The notes beneath the pieces were generated by a model. The model worked only from the letters and a program-made list of their open reading frames with translations, was not told the DNA's origin and ran no database searches. Positions 34,985-47,559 of a stretch of DNA of 64,000 nt are shown here, one piece after another. The DNA lies in NCBI GenBank assembly GCA_012026655.1, contig JAAILG010000012.1:62001-126000 (forward strand). Reading direction: 5' to 3'. Numbering within the stretch: position 1 is the first letter of the stretch; every line of letters starts with the position of its first letter. Origin of the DNA: Hydrolagus affinis. Lineage: Eukaryota. The position numbers were made by a program, and so were the translations under genes.

Positions 34985-35062
34985 AACAACAACAACAACA
35001 ACAACAATTTGCATTTATATCGTATAATGGCCTTCAGGTGGGGCAGCGTCTCGGAGTGCTTG
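34985..35062 (-). mobile_element. L2 3' tail with (AAC)n microsatellite
   Basis: (AAC)n-TTTGCATTTATAT..GCCTTCAGGTGGGGCAGCGTCTCGGAGTGCT. Confidence 0.75.
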
Positions 35063-35159
35063 TATTTTTTTGAATTGGTTCTGAATTATAAAATAATTCA
35101 CCATCTTCTGTTTTGGAAATCATGGGCTGATGTACAAATCTTGCCGTTTAATTTTTTAA

Positions 35160-35649
35160 AATAATAATAATCCTTGCATTTGATATTGTTGTTTTCATGT
35201 CTTCCAGACGTTCGCAAAGCGGTTTACAGAATATACTGTAAAATGAATTGACCGTTACAGTGCTGCCAATTGTGCACAGCAGTGGATTGAGTGAACAAAT
35301 TCTTATTGTTTGTTTTCTTGAGGGATTATTATCAGACTTGTGTAGTAAATAATAATCCGTCCAAAAAAACCACAATAATAAATTGGTCATTTCAATCTAC
35401 GACTGTTTGTGGGGACACTGCTGTGCGCAATTGGCTGCAGCAATTCGCACACAAATCTACAGTCAATTCACTTTACAGTATATTCTGTGAAGCGCTTTGG
35501 GACATCGATAAAATGTGAAAAGCGCTATATCAAATGCGAGGATTATTATTATTATTAAGTAACCTTGCCCAAGGTTTGTCCTGCTGGGAATCGAACCCAG
35601 GTCTCTCACTTGCGAGGCGCGTACTCCATCCACTGAGCTACAGGACTCC
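35160..35649 (-). mobile_element. SINE with a nested opposite-strand SINE (about 35348-35557)
   Basis: Minus tail/body 35160-35345, plus-strand truncated copy, then minus head 35557-35649. Confidence 0.9.
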
Positions 35650-36368
35650 TGTGCTTACCTTTGGAAAGGTAACCATAACATTACTCTTTCACTTTCAAGT
35701 TAATTTTTATTCAGCTGTAAACCAGGAGAATGAGTCATATCAAGAACCTATGTGTCACTTCATGAAAATTAACAGTAATGGATGGTCTTGTAGGTTTCAA
35801 ACTGTTCGATTTAACTTTTCCCCCCTTAAACTGAAGGTTTTAAGAATTTAAGCACTCTTTACAGTAAGGCTTTGACTCGTTTGATTCTGAAATCCTGTGT
35901 CCGATTTACCATCACATTCACTTCAGATTTACTTCAGTTCTTTGAGACTCCCTTCAATGGACCAATTGTGTATAGATTGGATTGCTATCACCTTCTGGGA
36001 CCAAGCAATATATCCAGAATCATAAGCGCCATGTTTATTTTTAAAATAATCTTTTTGAGGCTACACAATATCTGCAAATCTATTCCATCGAGAGCAGCAA
36101 AATCATCAGTAATTTAGTAATCTGAAGCTGGATACTGTAGATGAATCATGAGATGAAATGCTAGCCTACGGTTACTTCTGTGTGTTCACTTGAGCAAAGA
36201 GAGTTGATGGAGACGGGGTAATTATGTCCTTGTGGCTGGCGGACACCGATTGTCCGGATGACTGTTAGTTTAGAGCAGAGTGACTGACACTTGGATATCT
36301 GCAATTCTTGCACCTCCTGGAATTTACTTGCAATGGTGTCACTGTGGCAATATTATACATCCATTTGT

Positions 36369-36683
36369 GGAGTCCTGTAGCTCAGTGGTTAGAGCACTCG
36401 CCTTACAAGAGTGAGACACATGTTTCGAATCCAGGCAGATCAGGGTGAAACCTTGGGCAAGTTTCCTTACTCCACATGCCTAATCCCTCCAGAAAAACAC
36501 ACATTGGTCATTTTAATCCACAACAGTTTGTGGGACACTGCTGCGCGCAATTGGCTACTGCGTTTTGCCCAAATATATACGGTTAATTCACTTTACAGTA
36601 TATTCTGTGAAGCGCTTTGAGACGTCCGGAGGATGTGGAAAGTGCTATATCAAGTACGAGGATTACTAGTATTATTATTATTA
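36369..36683 (+). mobile_element. Full-length SINE, subfamily A
   Basis: GGAGTCCTGTAGCTCAGTGGTTAGAGCACTCGCCTTACAAG...tail. Confidence 0.93.
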
Positions 36684-37879
36684 ACGACATGACACAAAGG
36701 GGCAGTGAATATCTGGAAGTGGTTGCCTCGTTCTGAACGCAATTGAGTTAGTGCTGGTGAGTAATTGTTGTTGTCCTTCGGTCTGGCAGTATTGAAATTC
36801 AATTCATGTGAGGTCCCGTCTCTACAGTGCTCAGTTAAAACCTTATCCCTGTGCTAGCATGTTAGAAACATGCTTGTTCACCTTTGACAGACATTATTAT
36901 TTGCTGTCGTCAGGCTGAATTGTGACCTCTTCAGCGGAGGAGGTCTTTGTTTTGCTGAAAATGCTCTATGCCAGATGTCCACTAATTGAACTGGAGTCCC
37001 GGGCTGCCCGCCCAGCCAATGGTACAGCTCCATCTTTGTTCTGACACCATTTATCGCTTGATTCCCCAGATGGATAAGGTTCAAAATCACCTTCAATACT
37101 GATACCAGATATCAAAACGGTCTGATCCACCACCACTGGCTGGTGTAACCTTATACGGCTTCACCTCACTGTTGACAAGCAAAGGAAAAATCTGACGAAT
37201 TCAAGCGGCAAGTTTCAGTTAATTGTCTGAGGAATGTTTTGGAAATAGCACATGAGTCTCAGAAGAATACCCTCTCGGAGTGTGCCCTTTTTTTTCAGTA
37301 GCAGAATAACCTTGAGTTTTATAATTGCCCAAATTTTCCTAAAAGCAAGAAAAATAATTCATGGTACTGTATTTTAATTGCCCAATAAGAACGTGTGGAA
37401 CTCTTGTATTCACTTTCAAGTGGTAATCACGATGATCAAAGAGGTCTACTTGCTCTACATTAGATGAATAATACAAGGTTAAGCACAAAACTTGAAAATG
37501 TCTGAGCACCAGTAGGACATAATGGGCTTGAATGCATTATGTAGGCTTTCCTTCAAAGTGAATGTAATGACATATGACGCTGCCTAATTCTTTTACAAAT
37601 AAACCTTTTTCCACTTGACATTTTTGAACTGTCAAATGAGTGTAACACAGAAATCATTTTGCAGTGACGTTGTTATTCCTCTTTTGAACAAGTATCAGCA
37701 TTGGACGGTGTCCAAATTACCTCCATGTGTATTGTGATGCATTTTCTTTGTGTGCATTAGGCGCAGACGATGATTCTTTTGGACAATCTATAATCTCTGA
37801 AACTTTACAAAACTTCAGTTGGAATAATTTTCAGTGTAGAAAGACAAATGATGTTGTGTGTAATTCTGTTACACTTCCT

Positions 37880-38095
37880 GAGGGTAGATCATATGAAGCT
37901 TTTTTGAAGTGTCATTCATCATTTCTCAAAGTAGATTGTGTCATGCTTTTAAAAAGATCGTTTACAGTTTCTGTGACGCTCTTAAGAGTGGATTAGATTA
38001 TATCAAGCTTTTTGAAAGATCATTTGTCATTTTTAAGGTAGAATTTGCCAAGCTTTACCAAAGACCATATAATATTCCTTAAAGGAGTGGATTTG
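37880..38095. repeat. Degenerate minisatellite, 4 units of ~45-60 bp
   Basis: Recurring TAGAT....TCAAGCTTTT..AAAGATCATT core. Confidence 0.7.
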
Positions 38096-39226
38096 ATCTT
38101 CCAGTTGAAAGTCAATGTATCACCCAACTTCACAGTGAATTAAAAAAAAATCCTAATACTTCGAACTAATGGGCACACTCATTTTCTGTTTCATGCCAGT
38201 TCAATTGGTACTGTGAGGTACAGATATCCTTCGCTTCTCTCCAAAATGGCTAAAATCCCAGGCTCAACATTGTAGGACTTCAATAACTTTCAAATTACAT
38301 TTGATGGGAGTTGAATCGTGAGAAATTTATTTATTTGCCTCTCTCCTACGGCCATTTTTGCACTTTTATTCCTGCTGTTTGTGACAATGTGTTTGATCTC
38401 AGCGACAAGGCATTCATCTAGCACCAATGGTGCTATCATTGTGCCCAATAGGCCCAGATGCTAGTAGGCAGTAACCCCACTAACTATAACACATTGCCTT
38501 GTGACAAAAATCCAAGATGATGTTCTTTGAATTCTTATCATCTTAAGATACTAGTTCAATAAAGTATTTCACTTTATCGAGAATTGAGTTACGGTTACTT
38601 TAAACTTGAGAAGAAGTTTTATGTCTATTTATTGATAACTCAACTGCTACTTGAGAGAATAATAGTGTGACCCACCTTTGTCATTCGACTGAGTAAAATC
38701 TTATCCAACTGCATTTGTGGCAAATTATTCTACGCTGTTTATGCTGTTCAGAAAAGCTACATTTTAATCAGAACATTAAAAAAAAGCCTTGTCATGTAAA
38801 ACAAGCAAGCAAAAACTTTGGAACAGGAATGGAATTCCCCAATAGTAGAGAAGGATGTTGTGTCCCTTGCTTTGCATCAACATCTGTTTGGTCCTCCAGA
38901 TAATATCCTTGTCCGTCTGTCTGTCTGTCCGTCTGTTTTTAATTTTAAATGATCTGACTTGGTAATACTTGATGTACACTGTTTATTTCAGGCTAAGAAC
39001 ATCTGGGGAAATTAAGCCTTTACCTGATTTATCGCTTGTTGGAATGTCTGGTGCCCAGTGAGTTGATAGAAACATCATAAGCTTTGCAGTTTGATTATAA
39101 ATTAAACATCAGAACACACACAACACGAGGCGCAAACTATAGGAACATATGTTTTTCAGGGTAACTTGTGTTTCTAATTTGTTTGTGGATCTTGGAAATA
39201 AGGGAACATTATTCACTATCCTGCAT

Positions 39227-39360
39227 TTCATAGAATCATAGAAGCTTATGGCACAAAAGGAGGCCATTTGGCCCATCGAGTCTGTCTTTGAAAAGAGCAA
39301 TTCAACCCCACTCCCCAGCTCTCTCCCCATAACCGCGTAAATCCGTCCTCCCCAAATAAA
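39227..39360 (-). mobile_element. CR1-type LINE 3' end
   Basis: CATAGAATCATAGAA..GGCACAAAAGGAGGCCATTTGGCCCATCGAGTCTG. Confidence 0.87.
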
Positions 39361-39594
39361 TGTTTACCTTTGCCATGTCCAGGCCTTGAGTTAAATTCAA
39401 ATGACTATTAACAATAACACAAAAATACATTCATATTAGTAATCAAAAATAACAATAGATTTATTAATACTATCAGTAATCTCACAATGGGGATAGTAGT
39501 GTAATGGTAATATACATGTGTTGACAATCATTAGGTCATGCGTTAAATCTTTTGGATTGTCATAAAAATCCACATTGGGACTTAAAATTATATT

Positions 39595-40265
39595 ATCTAA
39601 GTTGCCACTCCAATCCAGTGCCGGGAGAGTGTTGCATTGTCAGAGGTACTAACCTATGGATGAGATGTTAAACCGAGATCCCGTTTGCCTGTTCAGGTGG
39701 GATCTCGGTTAAAGATTAGTCAAAGATAATAATAATAATATCAATCCTTGCATTGGATAAAGCATTTTTTACGTCTTCTAGACATCTCAAAACGCTTCAC
39801 AGAATATACTGTAAAGTGAGTGGGCTGTATATTTGTGAGTGAAACAAGGCAGCCAATTGCACACAGCAGTGTCCCACAAACAGTCATGGATTGAAGTGAT
39901 CCATTTCTTTTTTAGGGATTTTTTATTACGCACGTGGAGTAAGGAAACTTGCCCAAGGTTTCTCCCTGCCTGGAATCAAACCCGGGTCTCTCGCTATAAG
40001 GCAAGTGGACATCTGCACGACCAGTTAAAGATTACATGGCACTCTTCGAAAAGAGAAGGGAATTTCTCCCAACGTCCTGGCCAACAATCCCCCAAATAAA
40101 ATTCATTCCGTGGCTGTTTGTGGGACATGACTGTGTATAGATGGCTCCCATGTTTGGCACACAGACTACACAGTCAATCCACTTTACAGTATATCCTGTG
40201 AAGCAGTTTGAGTCGTCTCGATGAGGTGATAAGTTGCTGTAGCAAATGGAAGGATTGTTATTATT
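39595..40265 (+). mobile_element. Old DeuSINE interrupted by a younger SINE
   Basis: GGATGAGATGTTAAACCGAG..CAGGTGG, resuming after the insert at TTAAAGATTACATGGCACT..GTCCTGGCCAACAAT..GCTGTTTGTGGGAC..tail. Confidence 0.85.
39726..40007 (-). mobile_element. SINE, slightly 5'-truncated, nested in DeuSINE
   Basis: Tail, body and B-box present; A-box missing. Confidence 0.9.
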
Positions 40266-40654
40266 CCCATGTTTCAGACAGTGCAGTACTTGTGATTTAG
40301 TGGGATCTCATCCACCCTAAAATAGAGCAGAAACCATGTGCCACTACAAGAATGAAATACAACACATTTGTGCAACGTCACTGAAGATTATTTGCATCAT
40401 AAATTGTGCAACAATATTGATTTTCAGTTGAAAAACTGCTCAGTGTCTCTTTAATACAGTAAACATTGGCAAGCTTTGAAAACCTCAACTGTGGGCTACT
40501 CCAATTACAAACACAAATCTGCTAAAAGCCAACGTTCTTGTATGTTTGCGCTGTTCAGGCACAGAATTTCTGAACGTACAGCTTGTTCATCTTAAAACAA
40601 GCCATTTTCCTCAGCTGAGATGATGTTGCACACTATGCTGTGATAATATGTGAT

Positions 40655-40975
40655 GATAATAATAATCCTGGCATTTGATATAGCGTTTTTCACATCTTAT
40701 CGACATCTCAAAGCGCTTCGCAGAATATAATATAAAGTGAATTGACTGTATATTTGTGGGCAAAACGCGGCAGCCAATTGCGCACAGCAGCGTCCACATA
40801 CAGTCGTGGATTGAATTGACCAATTTTTTTTATTATTGTAGTTTTTTTTGGACGGATTATTAGTAGGCATGTGGAGTAAGGAAACTTTCCCAAGGTTTTG
40901 CCCTGACCTGCCTGGATTTGAATAAATGTCTCGCGCTTGTAAGCTGAGTGCTCTAACCACTGAGCTACAGGAGCT
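40655..40975 (-). mobile_element. Full-length SINE, subfamily A
   Basis: Complete head, body, tail. Confidence 0.93.
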
Positions 40976-43207
40976 CTGGGCATACTTCTCAATAAAGCAT
41001 CATAATTGTTTTATTGACGTTGATTTTAAGAAGTGTTTGCAACACTCTCTAACTCTAATAAAACAAGCTCACGAGCAGTATTCGTCAAAACCAACTGAAA
41101 CAGTGAACATTTCATCTCACACAGAAATTAAATAGTTTTAACTTTTGTAACAATGGTTTATCAGGATAGTTTGCTTGTGCTTCATTTAATTTAATATAAT
41201 ATATACACTATTTCATGTTCCTAATTCTTGTCCAAATGTTTTCAATGATAAAATCATCCTTACTGCTGAAAGGAATTGACTCCGTATTTTATAAAACTGT
41301 ACAATTCAATTTAGTCGAATGAAATCAATAATAATCCACTTCAAATCTGTTTCTGTTTATTCTCCCCATAGAAATTCCACTTGTCACACGACATTTGTTT
41401 AACTACATTCTTTCTCCACCCTCAAGGGCTGTGGGCTTTTATTTCCAATTCACCTTGGCTATTAACAGAAGAGCTTGAGCTCTGCATTACATAGTGTGTC
41501 TAGCGACAAGAGTTTGGTTATTAATACATAATCAACTGCACATAAAAAAATCTGTATCTTCAGTATTTGCTGGAAATTAAATATAATACTCATCCAGAAA
41601 TCATGTGGTCTTGATATGCTCTCATTCGAGGCTATATATCCTGGAGATATATTGGAAAGGATTATATTTAGCTATAAAATTGAATACTTTTATAATCAGT
41701 GTTTGGATTAAATTTACTCGCAAGGTTTACGAAAGCCATTGCCATCTCTTTGGGTATATCTTTCAATCTCTTTTGCTGAAATGTCAATACTTTAATTTGA
41801 GCTACGCAGTGATGGAATTGTGTACCGAAGAATTATTGGAGTATATAATAAAGCCATGGAGAGGAAATGGGTAGGGTGTATTGTCCCTGTGTTGTTCTCT
41901 ATAGGACTTGATTTACACAAACAAAAAAACTCTATAAGCTGTTTACACATTCCTCATTCTTCCCATGAAATTTGTGACTCATCACGACACTAATAATTCC
42001 TGGGAGGCTGAACTGCTGAAATGGTTGATTACTATTTAAGCCTGCTCCCTTCCCTCAAACACACAAACAAACAAACACATCTAAACGAGATCTGTGAGCG
42101 TATGTGACGGGCTCCACTTCATCGCAAGCGAGCGATGCCCACTCGATGAAAGGGGAATAGGCCAAAAATGATCGTACTGCTCCTCTATGACATTTCTGGC
42201 AGCTGAAGGCAACTCAATTCATTTTCCCATTGCCTGCTCTTGTCATCGGTGAATTGGGCTTCCTCAGCATCTTTTTTTCAAATGCCAACGTTTCACCGCT
42301 CTTTCGTCGGATTGTCCATGAGAAAGGGTGAAAGTCATGCTTTTGTAATGAGGAACCGTAAAGGCAATTATTTTCACCAGAACAAAGCAGCCATCCATCC
42401 ATCCATCGATTCCTTTATTCATTCATTCTTTAAAAGGATGATGAGTGGCACTGTGTTTGCAAACTTACTACACTATTCTTTATTTATATAATGGTGTTGA
42501 GTTCAATTAATTCTCAATTAATTTAATGGGCATTATCCTGGATCATTCTGGTTTATACAAGCATCTTATGAAAGCAGAGAAAGGGTTAAGTGTGAGTTAG
42601 CTGACCAGATGGATCATCCAGACACAATCCTCACTTGATTAATCATAGCTTATGGCATTTCAGCTCCCTGACATTTCTGATAAAGCTACCTGTGATCTGT
42701 AAGACCAGAACATTTCCCTCTCTCTCTCTTGCTCGCTCATTCGCTCACTCTCCTTCTCTCTGTGCATGCTTGTGACACTAATTCATCTTCTTTTATCCAG
42801 TACTTCAAATGTCTTCAAGATATGCACTTGTCACAACACTAAGGTCCATTAAACGTTGGTAATGGTGAGAAATAGATGATTCACAACAATGAGATCATAG
42901 TACTGTGAAGAATTATTGAAGGGTGTTAAAGTTTGTAAGTGAAATGATACATTAAAAAAATCATTAGCTGAGTTAGCATGTTGGATGTAAGACTTCCTTA
43001 CCTGTTAGTTCTAGAGCATCCAATTCTAATTGACAATTGGGGAGGAGGGTTCAACACATTAATATTGTCCCATCTTGAATTCATTCATTTCCAGTCACCA
43101 ATAAATGTCCGTAAATGCCATGAGTAACTCAGCAGATTGTCACTGAATTGGTTTATAACACTCATCTTCATCTTGTATGATTTGGCAGATTTGCAACATG
43201 CATCACA

Positions 43208-43507
43208 TAATAATAATAAAAATCCTTGCATTTGATGTAGCACTATTCACATCTTCTAAATGTCTCAAAGCACTCGCAGAATATACTGTAAATTTAATTG
43301 ACTGTATATTTTGTGGGCGAAATGCGGCAGCCAATTGCGTACAACAGCGTCCCCACAAACAGTCGTGGATTGAGATGACCAATTTATTATTGTTCATTTT
43401 TAGAGATTATTAACAGGCATGCAGAGTAAGGAAACTTGGTTTCGGCCTGCCTGGAATCTAACCCAGGTCCCTCGCTTGTAAGTAAAGTGCTCTAACTACA
43501 GGACTCC
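43208..43507 (-). mobile_element. SINE, subfamily B
   Basis: Complete body; small deletions in the head. Confidence 0.92.
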
Positions 43508-43946
43508 ACATGGTATAATGCAGCATGAATCTTGCTGTGAAATATCATTTTTGCACTTGAAATTAAAATAGCCTTTCAGTAAATGTCCTCTGTTCAGTTC
43601 GATAGAAATAATAGAGAGACAGGTAGAAACATGTTACAAAGCCACATTAGCAAGGTTGAGTTGTCTTTGAGAAATCATCTGTACTTTGTGACACTATTTG
43701 AATGCTCAGTGAGTTACTGTAGTCTTATAAGAAACCCTGACTTTGTATTGTCTTATTGAGTTTTCTAAATGATGCGACATAACAAGGTTGCATAGCATTA
43801 ACCTCAGAACTAATTGAAAATATCAGTTTGGGCCCAAAAGAGAGGAGGGTAAAAGAAATATCACCCAGAAACATACAATATGAGAAGTTAAAGAAAGTTG
43901 GGGGCTTAGGGAACACAATCTGACAAACACACAATTTCTCTAGTCT

Positions 43947-44162
43947 AGTTTCCTTAACCACACGCCTAATAATAATCCCTCAAAATAATTGGTCTTTCCA
44001 ATCCGTGACTGTTTGCAGGACACTGCTGTGTGCAATTGGCTGCCGCGTTTTGCCCACAAATATTACAGTCAATTCACTTTACAGTATATTCTGTGAAGCG
44101 CTTTGAGACACAGTACAGAAGACATGAAAATCACTATATCAAATGCGAGGATTACTATTATC
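43947..44162 (+). mobile_element. 5'-truncated SINE
   Basis: AGTTTCCTTAACCACACGCCTAATAATAATCCCT through tail. Confidence 0.9.
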
Positions 44163-44569
44163 ACAATTTTTTAGTCATTCTGTAGAAGCCCTCTTACATT
44201 TCCTGATCTTATTTGAGACTGTAGACAGGAGCCCTCTGAGATCCCAGCAAGACACTCGGAAACCTCACTACATCGCCTCTCGAATAAGCATCTCAGCCCC
44301 ACTCCTCAGACTATATTAGCAGATGCTCCTTCCCTCCTGTGGTCTACACACTAGGCACTGTGACCGCTGTATCCTACAGCAAAAGTAGACAAAGGCTTGA
44401 AGGAAGGATGAAAGGAAGAAGAAGAAAAATAAAACTAAAGTACAGATGTTGGCAGGGTGAAAATTAGAGGAGGAGATGAGATAAGTGGAAGAAGGAGGAA
44501 AGACAAAAAGAGGGAACCAATGAAGGAGAAAGAGAAGAACAATGAAGAACGAGGAAAGTTAGAGTTTGT

Positions 44570-44825
44570 GGAATCCTGTAGCTCAATGGTTAGAGCACTC
44601 ACCTTACAAGCTAGAGGCCTGGGTTTGATTCCAGGCAGGTCAGGGCGAAACCTTGGGCAAGTTTCCTTACTAATAACACATGCTGAATAATAAACCCTCA
44701 GAAAAACACAAAAATGCATTCGTAATTTTCAATCCACGACTGTTTGTGGGGACGCTGCTGTGTGCAATCGGCTGCTGCATTTCGCCCACAAATATACAGT
44801 CGATTCACTTTACGGTATATACTGT
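44570..44825 (+). mobile_element. 3'-truncated SINE
   Basis: Head and body present; ends at GGTATATACTGT with no stem-loop tail. Confidence 0.9.
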
Positions 44826-45207
44826 CACATCACTGCTGTCGAATGGGAATGATTCCTGCCTTTGTGGCACCACTTCCTAGAAATACTGAACCACCTAAGG
44901 TCCTTGAGTCAAAGTTGCTCAGGGATTAGGAACGATTCCGAGTGTCCTCAGCAAAGCAATCTGTTGCCTTTGTATCACCAACAGCTGGTGGTCAAACTCT
45001 TGCCATTTGCCCATCTGTGGCTAAAGAAAATAGCACATGGTGCATCTCAGTGGGATAAGCTTTAGGCTTGCCTGATGTCACAGCACACAAGAAACATCAA
45101 TCTGAATCACTGTGTGGGGGGATAAAGGCCTTTTTGCTTGCCCTGATTGCTTGGCAGTATAAGGACTTCTCTTACTACGCCTCGTCATCTGCTGGAGAAT
45201 ATACTGT

Positions 45208-45548
45208 ACAACACCCAACAAAATTATATTTTTAGAGCACCTTTCACATCGGGAGGACGCTCCTTGGCGCTGAACAGTCAGGTTGGGATCCGAGCAAGGG
45301 AGAGGGGCAGGGAGGGGGGGAATGGAGAGAGAGAGAGAGTTAGGAGGGGAGGGAGAGAGTTGGGAGGGTAGCAGAAGCACGATCGAAAAGGAGGGTCTTG
45401 AGACCAGCCTTGAAGGAGGCAAGGGAAGAAGCGAGCCAAAGGGACTGTGGGATGGAGTTCCAAAGTGCGGGGGGCAGAGAGGCTGAAAGCCCGTCCACCA
45501 ATGGTAGGGTGGGTCGGGCGGGGGACATGGAGCAGACCGGAGCCCGCT
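45208..45548 (-). mobile_element. L2 LINE 3' fragment
   Basis: SGLLHVPR..TIGGRAFSLSAP / LWNSIPQSL..SFKAGLKTLLFDRA across a frameshift; L2 tail. Confidence 0.92.
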
Positions 45549-45983
45549 GAAAAGAATAATAAGCATTCCATTGAAAATACAAGCAACTTGTATGATTATA
45601 ATACAGTGAGAAATCAAGAACAAATTAAAGAGATATAACATCCTGGATTCTTGTTCCTACATCCATACAATTTCGGGAGAGAGGTTCCTCATAGTCTTGT
45701 ATTGGTTGTCTTGTATTGAGCCCAAATAGAGTTGAAACATTCTCTTTGGTGCATTATTGTTAAAGGTCATTTCATTTTTTTTTAAAAAAAGCTTCAATAG
45801 ACCTTTAAGACCCAAGAGACTATCTTAGTTGTTTGTCCTCTTGTTAAATCCAGTTGTATGTATTGGAGTGACATTCAAAGAGCTGTACTGTGTGTTTAGG
45901 GACTGAGAACATACAACTGCCCACAGACAGGATCTGTTGGATAAAATTCAGACTAGCAGGTCCCTGTTATCTGATATCCTACA

Positions 45984-46061
45984 TGGGATGTCCTCCCGAC
46001 AGCTTTGGGATGTCCTCCCGACGTGAAAGGAGCTCTATAAATGCAATTTTGTCATTTGTTG
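45984..46061 (+). mobile_element. L2 3' tail with 17-bp tandem duplication
   Basis: TGGGATGTCCTCCCGAC at 45984-46000 and 46006-46022, then GTGAAAGGAGCTCTATAAATGCAA. Confidence 0.8.
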
Positions 46062-46913
46062 TACTCTTTGGAATCAGAGTTAATCTGATGAAGAACGTTG
46101 CTTTTTTAAGCAACTCACAACATTGATATTAGAACTTGGGAAAATGATTCTGACTAGTAGCACAGACTCGAAATCCAAACTTAGCACAGACAGTGACCTT
46201 CAGTATTTCAACTGAATTGCAAGGCTATTTTATTTTGCATATTCGCTGCCTGCTGTAAACACATGGTTGAGGTTTTGCTGGTGCAGCAGATTATTTGAGC
46301 CCTTGGGCTATTTTCTATACTTTGGGAATTACAGTAATTAAGTATAGTATCAATTAAACACCTGCTCGTGTGTTTGTTCTTAAAGCTTTTGTTTTGCTTA
46401 TGTGTTACAATGTAATGCTGAGGATCTTACATTTGCCTTTCGGACTTTGATTTTGAGGACTAAAGAAAATTTACATATAAAACAAAAACGGCCTGTTTCT
46501 AAGTTAAATCATTCAATTCAACACAACCTGTAGGTGTTTTGCCTAACTTCCAATTTCTTTTTGTCTGGTCTTTGCACTTTTTTTTTTGCTGAAAATTTAG
46601 GTTTTGTTTGGATTTCTTCAAAACCAAAAGGACCTTTGTTGATTGCATATATTACAATAGCAATAACACAAATACTAACAAGTGTAATTATGCTAAAAAG
46701 AGTAGCTTCTCTGGAAGAGTAACGGGTACTGTATAATTAAGGTCATTATTTTTCTGGGACTTGCCATGAAAAGTGCCAATCAACTTTGTGATACATAGTT
46801 GAGGAATCACATAACAAAGTGTTTTCCATTCCCTGTGTCGTACATTATAAATAACAAGTTGAAAGATAAAACAAAACTTTAGTTTTAAGGTAATGAAGGA
46901 AGAAGCTGTACCT

Positions 46914-47040
46914 TATTGGCTGCCGCGTTTCACCCACAAAAAGTCAATTCACTTTACAGTATATTCTGTGAAGCACTTTGAGATGTTTAGAAGACGTGAA
47001 AAGTGCTATATCAAATGCAAGGATTAGTAGTATTATTATT
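46914..47040 (+). mobile_element. SINE 3' fragment
   Basis: ATTGGCTGCCGCGTTTCACCCACA through tail. Confidence 0.9.
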
Positions 47041-47559
47041 AACAAATCCCTGCAAAAAGAAACGTTGAGGTTGTTAAAATAACCAGTGAGTTGTCACGAA
47101 CTTGGCATTAATCAGGAATGCAATGTACAAGTAGTAAAATATTTAAAGGTGTGGTGCAAAGGGAACGGAAGCTCGAGGAGAAAGAAAGTGGATTTAATAG
47201 CTGCCGTTGTTTTTTCTTTAAATGAAACAAGATGGAGTACGAGTTTGAAACAGCAAAATTGCGCTTTCAGGGCTCGAGGAAGCCGGTTCTTTATCAAAAG
47301 CAAACTAATTAGAGATGGAGTGAGTGGAAGCGCCAGCACCAGATTGAGCTCGTGGCTGAAAGCACATCCTGACAGGTGGTTTACTACAGTACGACATAAA
47401 AATTACCTGACATACTGTTTGATTTGTGTTGCACCTCTATTTACTAATCACCTTACTTAATGAACTGTAAGCGATGCTTCATATCCCAAAAGGCCTTCCT
47501 AATGACAGACAAATCATGCTTTTTGTTCCATCGTTGGCATATACCCAGCATTGCGTGTC

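Noticed and set aside
35652-35672. Recursive splice site AAG|GTAAGC
   Set aside because: Poor acceptor; sequence is a short palindrome TTACCTTT-GG-AAAGGTAA next to a SINE head
37880-38095. CRISPR-like array
   Set aside because: Eukaryotic context, degenerate units, no unique equal-length spacers, no cas genes
46085-46100. Hammerhead core CTGATGA
   Set aside because: No stem II or GAAAC follows
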